A program made the position numbers and the translations under genes. This document shows positions 48,955 through 57,296 of a DNA stretch of 64,000 nucleotides, piece by piece (the first letter of the stretch is position 1; each line of letters opens with the position of its first letter). Source of the stretch: a virus; IMG/VR virus record IMGVR_UViG_3300044695_006747, positions 32,001-96,000 of that record; one strand, 5' to 3'. The notes under the pieces are model-generated. The model was not told where the DNA came from and did no database searches. It saw nothing but the letters and a program-made list of their open reading frames with translations.

Positions 48955-49634
48955 ATTTTAGTTTTGTGGTTTGTAACCTTTGATATATTTTTGGAAGATA
49001 TTAGTTCTGTTTCAAAAACTATATTATTGTCTATTAAAATATTGATAAATTCAAATAAAAATTTTTGTTTTATATTTTGTTCCATTAGTACGGTTTTTAT
49101 TTTTTGTATATCTGAGTGATTTATATATAATATTTCTGACCAAGTGTTTGGCAAATCATAGAATACATACTCTACTTTTTTATTAGTTATAGTTAACCCT
49201 ATAGTGAACGATTCGTCTTTTTTTTTATCTTTAAGGATCGGCAATATCGACTTGTTTAAAGTTTTTGGATAATAATCTGTTAAAATACCATTTTGTATAA
49301 TTAGAGTGTTTCCAGATTCTATCGAATTTAGAGCTAGTGAAACACCGTAGGCACTGTTTGAAAGTTCATAATTTTTATTGTATATTTTTATAATGTTAGG
49401 ATATTGATCGTTTGGATAAAATTGATCTAGGATTTTTAAAAATTTATCATGCTCAAATCCTATTACTATATATATGTCTGTATTTTTAGTATATCTTTGT
49501 ATGATATTATCTATCTGTTTTATTACAAGTGGTTTTTGTTTATGTTTATTTCCAACAGGAACAAAAGCTTTAGGTCCATATGATTTCATCCCTTTTGTTA
49601 TTTCTGAGCACAACAAGATAACATTATTAATCAT
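48951..49634 (-). CDS. Sugar/phosphocholine nucleotidyltransferase (LicC/NTP-transferase-like)
   Basis: VILL....KGMKSYGPKAFV...PLV..QI...IYIVIGFE....YNKNYELSNSAYGV.LAL. Confidence 0.7.
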   Translation of the reverse strand: MINNVILLCSEITKGMKSYGPKAFVPVGNKHKQKPLVIKQIDNIIQRYTKNTDIYIVIGFEHDKFLKILDQFYPNDQYPNIIKIYNKNYELSNSAYGVSLALNSIESGNTLIIQNGILTDYYPKTLNKSILPILKDKKKDESFTIGLTITNKKVEYVFYDLPNTWSEILYINHSDIQKIKTVLMEQNIKQKFLFEFINILIDNNIVFETELISSKNISKVTNHKTKI

Positions 49635-49636
49635 TT

Positions 49637-50398
49637 TTATAGTATTTTTATTTTATGTGTTTCTTCGTCATTTATAACATAATCGTATACTAAACCTATT
49701 TGTTTATTCATATTTATATACAAAGATTTATCAACAACAAAACCATCTAAAAAATTATCTGTAAACAAAATAACTTTTTTTCCGATGCAGTGATTTATAA
49801 TTTCGTTCGTTCTTTTCATTGTATCTTTTTTGTATACAGTATCGGCATACTTTATAAATATAAAACTAGACTGCGTATTAGATAAGTTTGTATCAAGACA
49901 CATATCAATCATTTCACTTATAGTAAATTCGTTATCGGTTATATAATGAACTTTCCATTTTGGTAAATTATATTGCTCTAAAAGTTTTATACATTCTTTT
50001 GGTTTATACGAGGATTTGTCTGTTAAAATAAACGATATAAATGTTGGCCAATAATTTTGATTATTTGATAAATCTTCTAATATATCATCAAGATCGTCCG
50101 AATTATTATTTAATATAATCACTACATAGTAGGGGATCACACTATCTGTAATAACTTTATTCAACGGATCTTCATTTGTTAAATTTTTTAGTGTTTCAAG
50201 CCACTGATGTGTTCTAGCATATGTGCATTTGAAATTTTTTAATATCCATGAATCTTGTGATTTATCTATATTATTAGAATCGTATAGGCCAGGATAATTT
50301 TGACTTATTATTTTATCTATTTCGAGTTTGCATCCTGTTTGCTTAGAATTTTCAGAAATTTTAAAAATACATTTATCGCACTTTGTATTTGTTATCAT
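49637..50398 (-). CDS. Hypothetical, possible degenerate GT-A fold with N-terminal Cys motif
   Basis: CDKC..GC...C..AR motif, then YYVVIIL....DDLDDILEDL Rossmann-like start. Confidence 0.4.
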   Translation of the reverse strand: MITNTKCDKCIFKISENSKQTGCKLEIDKIISQNYPGLYDSNNIDKSQDSWILKNFKCTYARTHQWLETLKNLTNEDPLNKVITDSVIPYYVVIILNNNSDDLDDILEDLSNNQNYWPTFISFILTDKSSYKPKECIKLLEQYNLPKWKVHYITDNEFTISEMIDMCLDTNLSNTQSSFIFIKYADTVYKKDTMKRTNEIINHCIGKKVILFTDNFLDGFVVDKSLYINMNKQIGLVYDYVINDEETHKIKIL

Positions 50399-50403
50399 AT
50401 TGA

Positions 50404-50823
50404 TTACCGTATTCTTTTGATTACCACAGTAGTATGAAGAACGCTGATATCTATTTTTTCCACAATGTAATTAGAATTTTGAAAAATCCATTCGTCTAAA
50501 TATTTCTGATCTATCACAGATAAAGTACTTTGTAATATACTATTAAGATCGTCCAAAGCCATATCTCCTTTAATAATAGCTTTTGATAGTAATAATACAT
50601 TGAGCATTTTTATATGTATGGATCCTCCTATCATAATTTTTTTGAGTATATCATTTTGAATTAATATTCTTTTTGATATTTCTAGTGTGTCTAAAATATC
50701 GCAATATATATTTTCTAATGAACCATTTGGAACAGTATTTAATTCATTGACACTAATCTTAGAATTAAATTCTACATTTGTAGTTTTATAACTAGGATTA
50801 TATATCTGTGTCATATTCATCAT
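50404..50823 (-). CDS. Hypothetical, possible degenerate SAM-methyltransferase-like protein
   Basis: VPNGSLENIYCDILD...ILKKIMIGGSIHI resembles the C-terminal part of a class I MTase; no glycine-rich SAM loop. Confidence 0.35.
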   Translation of the reverse strand: MMNMTQIYNPSYKTTNVEFNSKISVNELNTVPNGSLENIYCDILDTLEISKRILIQNDILKKIMIGGSIHIKMLNVLLLSKAIIKGDMALDDLNSILQSTLSVIDQKYLDEWIFQNSNYIVEKIDISVLHTTVVIKRIR

Positions 50824-51665
50824 AATATCATTCCTTTTCTTTTTATTTTTTGTATAAATGGTAGTAGTTGATCTTTAAAAATATTTTGCTTTGATAGATT
50901 ATTTTTATACGAAACATTACTCGCTAGTAATCTATTAAAAAGATCCAATAGTCCATCAAGATTTTGTTCCATAAAAAATACTCCATCATAAATTTTTGTA
51001 TATTTATTTGTCATTTCATTTGATATTGTTATATACGGTAAATTATTTGTAGCGCAAAATAACATTTTATAAATGCTTTGTGGATATAGATCTATACAAA
51101 TTTTATGTTTATTTAAAATCTCTAACATAGCATTTTGATTAATCTTTTGTTCATCAATAATAGATAAATTTTTTATTTTTGAACTTAAAACTTGTATTAA
51201 GTTTCCATAGTCATTATTATTATTTATAAATAAACATATATTGTTATCTTTATTTATAACGTTTTTATTGATTGTTGGAGTTATGGCTAACAACTTTTCC
51301 TGTTCTGATTGACCATGATGTTCAACTATATAGTAAATATTTTTTTGGTCTGGTATTTTTGAATCGTCGTATGATCCGTATCTAAGATATGTTATTATTG
51401 GAATATGAAGTTTATTAGAAATATCCAAAATGGCACTAGTTATATTGTAGCATATGATAAAATCATACTCAAATAGAGACGCATCATTTATATAGGCTAC
51501 ATTATTTTTATTAATTTTATTATTCATCAAATCTATATAGATAAAAAAATTAGCATCCCAGTCTGTTATAATATCATCTATAAGATCGTTAGCAGGGTAG
51601 TATAATACATTGATATTGTCAACAGCATGTTTGTGAACAATATTCCTTATGCCGTAGGTAAACAT
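50820..51665 (-). CDS. Degenerate GT-B-like protein
   Basis: EILNKHKICIDLYPQSIYKMLFCATNNLPYI resembles the GT-B C-terminal domain. Confidence 0.45.
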   Translation of the reverse strand: MFTYGIRNIVHKHAVDNINVLYYPANDLIDDIITDWDANFFIYIDLMNNKINKNNVAYINDASLFEYDFIICYNITSAILDISNKLHIPIITYLRYGSYDDSKIPDQKNIYYIVEHHGQSEQEKLLAITPTINKNVINKDNNICLFINNNNDYGNLIQVLSSKIKNLSIIDEQKINQNAMLEILNKHKICIDLYPQSIYKMLFCATNNLPYITISNEMTNKYTKIYDGVFFMEQNLDGLLDLFNRLLASNVSYKNNLSKQNIFKDQLLPFIQKIKRKGMIL

Positions 51666-52738
51666 ATTTTTTGTCCTATATTTTTGTATGAAAACTCTTT
51701 GGTATAAAAATCGCTATTTTTATTTTTCTTTCTGTTTTCAAATGCCGATCTCATTTTTTTTCTTAAATCAAGAATATTAGGCATATACCAAATTTCGTTA
51801 CCGTTATAAATATCTAGGTGCGCCATAGTCTCCGGATTATCTAAAATTACTGGACTAGGATAACAGTCTACTACATTCATATCTTCTTCTTTAACATAAT
51901 CTAGTATGCCGATATTAGATGATGATATTAAATAATTCCCATGACATAAAGCCTCGGCTGCTGGTCTGCAAAAAGCTTCACCATATGATGTGATCACAAA
52001 ACAATCGCAACTGTTATGTAAACTGCTCATTTGATCTTCTGCAAGCCTATTAGTGATTAATATCTCATTATGAAAATATTTTTTGGTTCTTAATCTAAAT
52101 TTTATATTTTGAAGATTTTTTTGCACTGTTTCATGGAAATTATCTCCAGATCCAGACAGTTTAAGAACAAGACTAACTGGTTCTGTGATATCAAACTCTA
52201 AATGAAATGCTATAACAAGATCTTTTATGTTTTTTCTTTGTATATATTCACCAATAAAATAAAATTTATAATAATCATCAATAGCATCTGAAAAAATAGT
52301 TTTCTTATTTTTTTGTATTTCTAAAGCATGACCAATAATTTTTATTGGAACATTTACTCCACCATCTACTAAACTTTGTTTTTCTATACTAGAACTTACC
52401 CAGATTTCATCCATCAGGTTTAGATTATGTATAGATGTTGATGAGAAGTTTTGATTTTCAACAAATAGTAATCCTATATTATATAAATGAGTTTTGGTCA
52501 TCATCATTGGTAAAACATTTTGTATAACAATATCATATTGTGATAATTGATTATTTTCTAGATGTTTTATTTTTGTGTCTATATCAGTATCAATACTATT
52601 AGACATATATATTGGTTGACAATGAATATTATTCTTTGTTTCATTAATAGATAATATATAGTCTTTAGCTGCTTGTCCCCAACCATCATTTTGTCTGTAT
52701 GGACCTATGTAAAGTATATTTTTATTTTCTATTAGCAT
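51647..52738 (-). CDS. Glycosyltransferase family 4 (GT-B)
   Basis: GWGQAA; RKNIKDLVIAF; CDCFVITSYGEAFCRPAAEAL. Confidence 0.9.
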   Translation of the reverse strand: MLIENKNILYIGPYRQNDGWGQAAKDYILSINETKNNIHCQPIYMSNSIDTDIDTKIKHLENNQLSQYDIVIQNVLPMMMTKTHLYNIGLLFVENQNFSSTSIHNLNLMDEIWVSSSIEKQSLVDGGVNVPIKIIGHALEIQKNKKTIFSDAIDDYYKFYFIGEYIQRKNIKDLVIAFHLEFDITEPVSLVLKLSGSGDNFHETVQKNLQNIKFRLRTKKYFHNEILITNRLAEDQMSSLHNSCDCFVITSYGEAFCRPAAEALCHGNYLISSSNIGILDYVKEEDMNVVDCYPSPVILDNPETMAHLDIYNGNEIWYMPNILDLRKKMRSAFENRKKNKNSDFYTKEFSYKNIGQKICLPTA

Positions 52739-54383
52739 AATCTATGTAATCTTCTGATTTTAAAATATTAGGATTTGTTCTGGCTGTTTCAGCATTATTA
52801 TGATTATTAATCATAGTATTAAGATTTTGGATTAAATCGTTAAGACTGTATGGTTTTATTTCTGGACCAGCCGTAAAATGACCGTCCTGCGCCATTTGTA
52901 TTTGTCTTAAAAGCCAATAGTCATTCATTGAAAGTCCAAGTTTACTTAGATACTGTTCTTGAAGCATGTATATTGTAGCATAAACATTATTGGTTGCTGG
53001 TAATGAATTTATATCTAGTAATGGAATAATTTCGGCTTTTGATTCCCATTTTTTTTGATATTTTTTGTAATCTATGCTATCTATATATTTGATCCATTTT
53101 TCTACAGTATGTTGCCAACTATATTTTTGTTTAACTATTTCACTACTATAAAAACCTTTTCTTTGTCTCAGTTGATTCGGCATATTCAGTAAAGAGATAA
53201 CCTTAGCAGCAGTATCTTTGTGGTCTGGATATGTTCTTATTGCTGAGGTTTCTAATTCTTTAAAATAAGTTCCTATATTAATAGGCTCGGCATTTATATT
53301 ATTAATTATGTCTGTCATGGCGCTATAGTTCATGGTTAAAATAGGAACACCACAAGCAGCAGCTTCAATTTGAGGCATACCGAATCCTTCGCAGATAGAG
53401 TATTGAATGTATAAATCAAAAATATTCATTATTTTTGATAATACACTAGTATTAATACCGTTGCTTACATTAGGAATTGTAGCAGATTTTGTTCCACAAG
53501 AACTACATTGCTGAACCACTCCGCTAAAATTTGAAGCAAATACTTTACCACATTTTTTGCAATTATATGTAAAGAATATTCTATTGCTAACTTTAGAATT
53601 TTTGATCAGATTAGGGATGTCCCATCCAGCATCCGGATAGCTCGTATGTAAATATAATATTAGATTATCTTTGAAAACATAATTATTTTTTATAGATTCT
53701 TCTACTATATTTTCAAATGTTTGTATGAGTTCTGGAAATAATTTTCTTTTTTGATTTCTCATCACCGTTCCCAAAACTACAGCGTTGACATCTAGACCAA
53801 GCGCTTGTTTAATAGAATCTTTATTAGGATCATATTTAAACATAGATAGATCAGCACATGGAGAGGCAACATCAATGAAATTAATATTTTTAGATGTCTG
53901 ATCTAATAAAACATCTCTACCCCAATCAGAATATGTGAAAATAGCGTCCGCATTAATGTATGTGTCAAGCCATTCGTCTTGTTGAGGAGAAGAGTCTATT
54001 GTTGGCATCAGTATCCAGTGAAAATATTTTCTTAATGGAGACTTTTGTTGATAAGCACTCATCCAATAGTCTCTGACATCTATTACTATATCAGGCTGAA
54101 AGTCTAATACTACTCTATCAAATCTCCATTTACCAAAATGATTTTCTTGGCTTTGTGCAAATTGGTTTTGTCTAGGATCTCCATTCTGTATACCGTTAGG
54201 ATAATATTTCCAAGGAATATTAAATCTTTCTTTGTCTCCTATTAGTCCATATGAAGCAAATTCTGCTACTTCGTAGTTTCCAGTATTATATAGGCCCTCT
54301 AAAAGATATTTATTATATACTCCGAAACCGGAGGATACTTTGGAAGATTCAGAACAAACTAGTATTTTAGGTTTTTGATGCAT
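52722..54383 (-). CDS. Glycosyltransferase family 4 (GT-B) with Zn-ribbon insert
   Basis: SGFGVY; RNQKRKLFP; LYIQYSICEGFGMPQIEAAACGVP; insert CKKC...CSSC. ORF track start is 54404, but ATG 54383 lies clear of the terminator. Confidence 0.9.
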   Translation of the reverse strand: MHQKPKILVCSESSKVSSGFGVYNKYLLEGLYNTGNYEVAEFASYGLIGDKERFNIPWKYYPNGIQNGDPRQNQFAQSQENHFGKWRFDRVVLDFQPDIVIDVRDYWMSAYQQKSPLRKYFHWILMPTIDSSPQQDEWLDTYINADAIFTYSDWGRDVLLDQTSKNINFIDVASPCADLSMFKYDPNKDSIKQALGLDVNAVVLGTVMRNQKRKLFPELIQTFENIVEESIKNNYVFKDNLILYLHTSYPDAGWDIPNLIKNSKVSNRIFFTYNCKKCGKVFASNFSGVVQQCSSCGTKSATIPNVSNGINTSVLSKIMNIFDLYIQYSICEGFGMPQIEAAACGVPILTMNYSAMTDIINNINAEPINIGTYFKELETSAIRTYPDHKDTAAKVISLLNMPNQLRQRKGFYSSEIVKQKYSWQHTVEKWIKYIDSIDYKKYQKKWESKAEIIPLLDINSLPATNNVYATIYMLQEQYLSKLGLSMNDYWLLRQIQMAQDGHFTAGPEIKPYSLNDLIQNLNTMINNHNNAETARTNPNILKSEDYIDYANRK

Positions 54384-54403
54384 ATTGTGTGATTGGTGTG
54401 ACA

Positions 54404-54437
54404 AAAGAATCAGGGGACCTTAGATCCCCTGTTCTTT
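54404..54437 (-). terminator. Rho-independent terminator downstream of ssb
   Basis: Minus strand AAAGAACAGGGGA-tctaagg-TCCCCTGATTCTTTT: GC-rich stem followed by a U tract. Confidence 0.75.
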
Positions 54438-54456
54438 CGCCTTTAACGTTATGTTA

Positions 54457-54822
54457 TCAGAATGCCACGGGTTCCTTTTCCGAAGACTTCTTTGATAACT
54501 TTGTAATCTTGGAGAAATTATTAACTCGCACACGAAGAGTGCTGTGTTTAACTCCATCTTTTTCCCAGCTATCATTTCTTAATGATCCCTCGACCATGAC
54601 TAAATCACCCTTCTTAAATGATTCGGCTATAATCTCAGCACCAGAATCCCATGCTTCACAATTGATAAATGTTGTTACCTTGTCCTTTTCGCCAGAAGCT
54701 TTGGTATACTCTCTAGAAACAGCAACTGTAAAATTAACAACAGAAACTTTTTTGTCTCCATTCTCTAACTTCCTTAGCTCTGGATCCCTAGTTAAATTAC
54801 CACGCAATAACGTAATATTCAT
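54457..54822 (-). CDS. ssb: Single-stranded DNA-binding protein
   Basis: MNITLLRGNLTRDPELR...FTVAV...TFINCEAW...GDLVMVEGSLRNDSWEKDG; AAGGAGA RBS. Confidence 0.95.
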   Translation of the reverse strand: MNITLLRGNLTRDPELRKLENGDKKVSVVNFTVAVSREYTKASGEKDKVTTFINCEAWDSGAEIIAESFKKGDLVMVEGSLRNDSWEKDGVKHSTLRVRVNNFSKITKLSKKSSEKEPVAF

Positions 54823-54866
54823 ATCATCTCCTTTAAATAAAAGTAAATAACCAAACTCAACACACT

Positions 54867-54894
54867 ATTATAAGATTTGTTTCCACACGGTCAA
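54867..54894 (-). promoter_or_regulatory. Sigma70-like promoter upstream of ssb
   Basis: Minus strand TTGACC-N16-TATAAT; the -35 box overlaps the dnaE-C stop codon. Confidence 0.7.
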
Positions 54895-56435
54895 GGTTTT
54901 GGAATATAAGTCTTTTCAGCAACCAAACCATCTTTGTTTTTTGACTTTGATCCTTTTATAATCAAAATATTACCAACGAATAATTGATTTCTATATTGTT
55001 TATATGTTTCTGGAAAGTAAACAATCGAATCAACTACTGCCGTACCATCGTTAACAGAAACAAACGCCATTTCTGCTCCAACATCTTTTCCTTTTTTAGT
55101 TTTTACTACCCTGATATTTTCTACTTCTCCAGCAAGCATAATATTATTAGCTGAATAGCCATTTTTAAAATCTTTGCAAGAACACGTAACCATACTAATA
55201 TCATACATATCAATTTTAGAACAGCTAATAGAATAACCCAAAAGCATATTTTCTGTATCTGCTATCCATTCTATAGAATCATCTAATGAGTATGGTGGAT
55301 GTAGTAAACTATAAGACAACTGTTCTACGACACTTTTGCGTTTCGCTGTAATCTTACCCACTAGTACAACTGCTAAATTTTTAATTAATGGAGATTTAGT
55401 ATTATAAGATTTTTGTAATGTTTCGCACTCTTTATTAGTCAATTGTGTTAATATGTTATATTCAAATAACATCTGATTTCTTGTTAAGCCAAGATGATCT
55501 AGTGAGCCTGATTGTATAAGTGCTTTGCTCGCTGTAGAATTTATCTTATTCAAAACAAATAATAAATCCATCCATGAATAATCTTTTATATTTAGAGAAC
55601 TATTTTTTAGTATAGATATTAGTTTTTCGTATGCAGATTTCCCAAAACCCTTAACATCAGTTAGACCAAAAAATATCTTATTATTTTTTAATTCTACATA
55701 TTCATTCAATAGTCTTATGTCTGGTTTGCATACTTCAATATTCATTTCTATAGCATTTTGTACAAGTTCTTTTATTTCCGCTTGTGGATCTACTTTATCT
55801 TTTGCAAATCTTAAATATGAAGCAAAAAATACTCTTGGAAAATGTGCTTTTGCATATGCAGATAAATAACAATTCATAGCGTAGCTTACAGCATGGCTTT
55901 TATTAAAAGAATATCTTTGACTTTTTTCTATCCAATTAAATATTTCTTCTGCTTCTTTAGATTTTAAAATAGCCATTTTTTCACATCCGTTAACAAATGT
56001 CTTTTTGAGTTTGGCCATTTCTTCTGGTTTTTTCTTACCAATAGCCTTTCTTAACATGTCTGCTTCTTGAAGATTAAATCCAGCAACAACTCTGGCTATT
56101 TCCATAGCTTGTTCTTGATATACCATTTCCCCATAAGTTGTTTTTAAGATTGGCTCTAAACTTTCATGAAAATAATCTACAGCTTCTTCGCCATTCTTTT
56201 TGTCTATATAATGGTTACTAACACTTTTACCATCTCTAATAGCCTCCAAACATCCTGGCCTCATAATACTGATTAATGCGGCTAATTCCTCTATATTCGA
56301 TGGCTTAAGTTTTTTTGCCATCGATCTGCCTAGTCTAGATTCTAGCTGAAAGCACCCCTTAGTATTACCGCTAGAGATTAATGCCCAGGTTTTTGGACAA
56401 TCAAGATCCATTGAGGCTATGTTAGCATCAAACAT
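54891..56435 (-). CDS. dnaE: DNA polymerase III alpha, C-terminal part (fingers, HhH, OB)
   Basis: GCFQLES; SIMRPG; GEMVYQEQAM; LRKAIGKK; YSFNKSHAVSYA; FGLTDVKGFG; C-terminal OB fold. Confidence 0.93.
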   Translation of the reverse strand: MFDANIASMDLDCPKTWALISSGNTKGCFQLESRLGRSMAKKLKPSNIEELAALISIMRPGCLEAIRDGKSVSNHYIDKKNGEEAVDYFHESLEPILKTTYGEMVYQEQAMEIARVVAGFNLQEADMLRKAIGKKKPEEMAKLKKTFVNGCEKMAILKSKEAEEIFNWIEKSQRYSFNKSHAVSYAMNCYLSAYAKAHFPRVFFASYLRFAKDKVDPQAEIKELVQNAIEMNIEVCKPDIRLLNEYVELKNNKIFFGLTDVKGFGKSAYEKLISILKNSSLNIKDYSWMDLLFVLNKINSTASKALIQSGSLDHLGLTRNQMLFEYNILTQLTNKECETLQKSYNTKSPLIKNLAVVLVGKITAKRKSVVEQLSYSLLHPPYSLDDSIEWIADTENMLLGYSISCSKIDMYDISMVTCSCKDFKNGYSANNIMLAGEVENIRVVKTKKGKDVGAEMAFVSVNDGTAVVDSIVYFPETYKQYRNQLFVGNILIIKGSKSKNKDGLVAEKTYIPKP

Positions 56436-57120
56436 TCAAAAAAGCATCCTTGAATTTTATTTTATTGCACAAATTTTTATGTAGTTTAAGAAATCTTAAT
56501 AAGATAGAAGCACAATCTTTAACATCTTTTAAAGCGTCATGAGCATTATCTTTTGATATTCCAAGATAATCTCTAACATTGTCTAGAGATAAACTTTTAA
56601 TATCCTCTAAATCAAAAAACCAATAGTACACAAGATTCATTATATCTAATACATCTCTTGGAAAGAATACATTTGATTCACTCTCTTTATTAACATTACC
56701 ATACTTATTGCTAAGTCTGTTGATAATTTTAAGATCAAATCTATATATATTATATCCAGCTGCTATTGGTGCGGAAAATTGTGATTTTTTTGTTGTTCTA
56801 CAATGATATTTATCCAGGTACTCATTAAACATAGTCCAAGCCTGTTTTTGTGGCATTGATTTATGCCAAGAATCCAAAATATCTTCTTGAGAACATCCAC
56901 GAACTTTGGAATGAAATCCAAGAATATCGCTATCATACTTGAAGTCTGGGTCGTTGTCAAGTTTATCTGGCTTGACCATAATATTAAATTCTGAATTAGG
57001 AACAATATCCATTTTTGACGGATCTATCATAATAGCAGCTATTTGAACCGGACTACATATCGACGGATCCGCACCGTCTGTTTCAAAATCAAAAACGCAA
57101 ATTTTATTATATTGTTTCAT
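56428..57120 (-). CDS. DEDDh 3'-5' exonuclease (DnaQ/epsilon-like)
   Basis: VFDFETDG; AGYNIYRFD; AHDALKD. Confidence 0.9.
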   Translation of the reverse strand: MKQYNKICVFDFETDGADPSICSPVQIAAIMIDPSKMDIVPNSEFNIMVKPDKLDNDPDFKYDSDILGFHSKVRGCSQEDILDSWHKSMPQKQAWTMFNEYLDKYHCRTTKKSQFSAPIAAGYNIYRFDLKIINRLSNKYGNVNKESESNVFFPRDVLDIMNLVYYWFFDLEDIKSLSLDNVRDYLGISKDNAHDALKDVKDCASILLRFLKLHKNLCNKIKFKDAFLNV

Positions 57121-57122
57121 TA

Positions 57123-57296
57123 TCAGTTAACTTGAACCTCTTGAAGTGGTGTTATCATAACTTTTTCATTATTGCTTTCTTTTAAAGCATTTAATACTTT
57201 GCAACAACTAACGCGCTCATCTTCTGCTTTAATATAAGTTTCATTATTATAAACAAATTTTTCTCCAACATTTAAATCTTTAAATAATTTATTCAT
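57123..57296 (-). CDS. Small hypothetical protein (57 aa), not in ORF track
   Basis: ATGA overlap with the dnaE-N stop; MNKLFKDLNVGEKFVYNNETYIKAEDERVSCCKVLNALKESNNEKVMITPLQEVQVN. Confidence 0.7.
   Translation of the reverse strand: MNKLFKDLNVGEKFVYNNETYIKAEDERVSCCKVLNALKESNNEKVMITPLQEVQVN

Noticed and set aside
54389-54850. 153-aa + strand ORF opposite ssb
   Set aside because: Antisense shadow of the well-supported ssb gene that also runs through its terminator.
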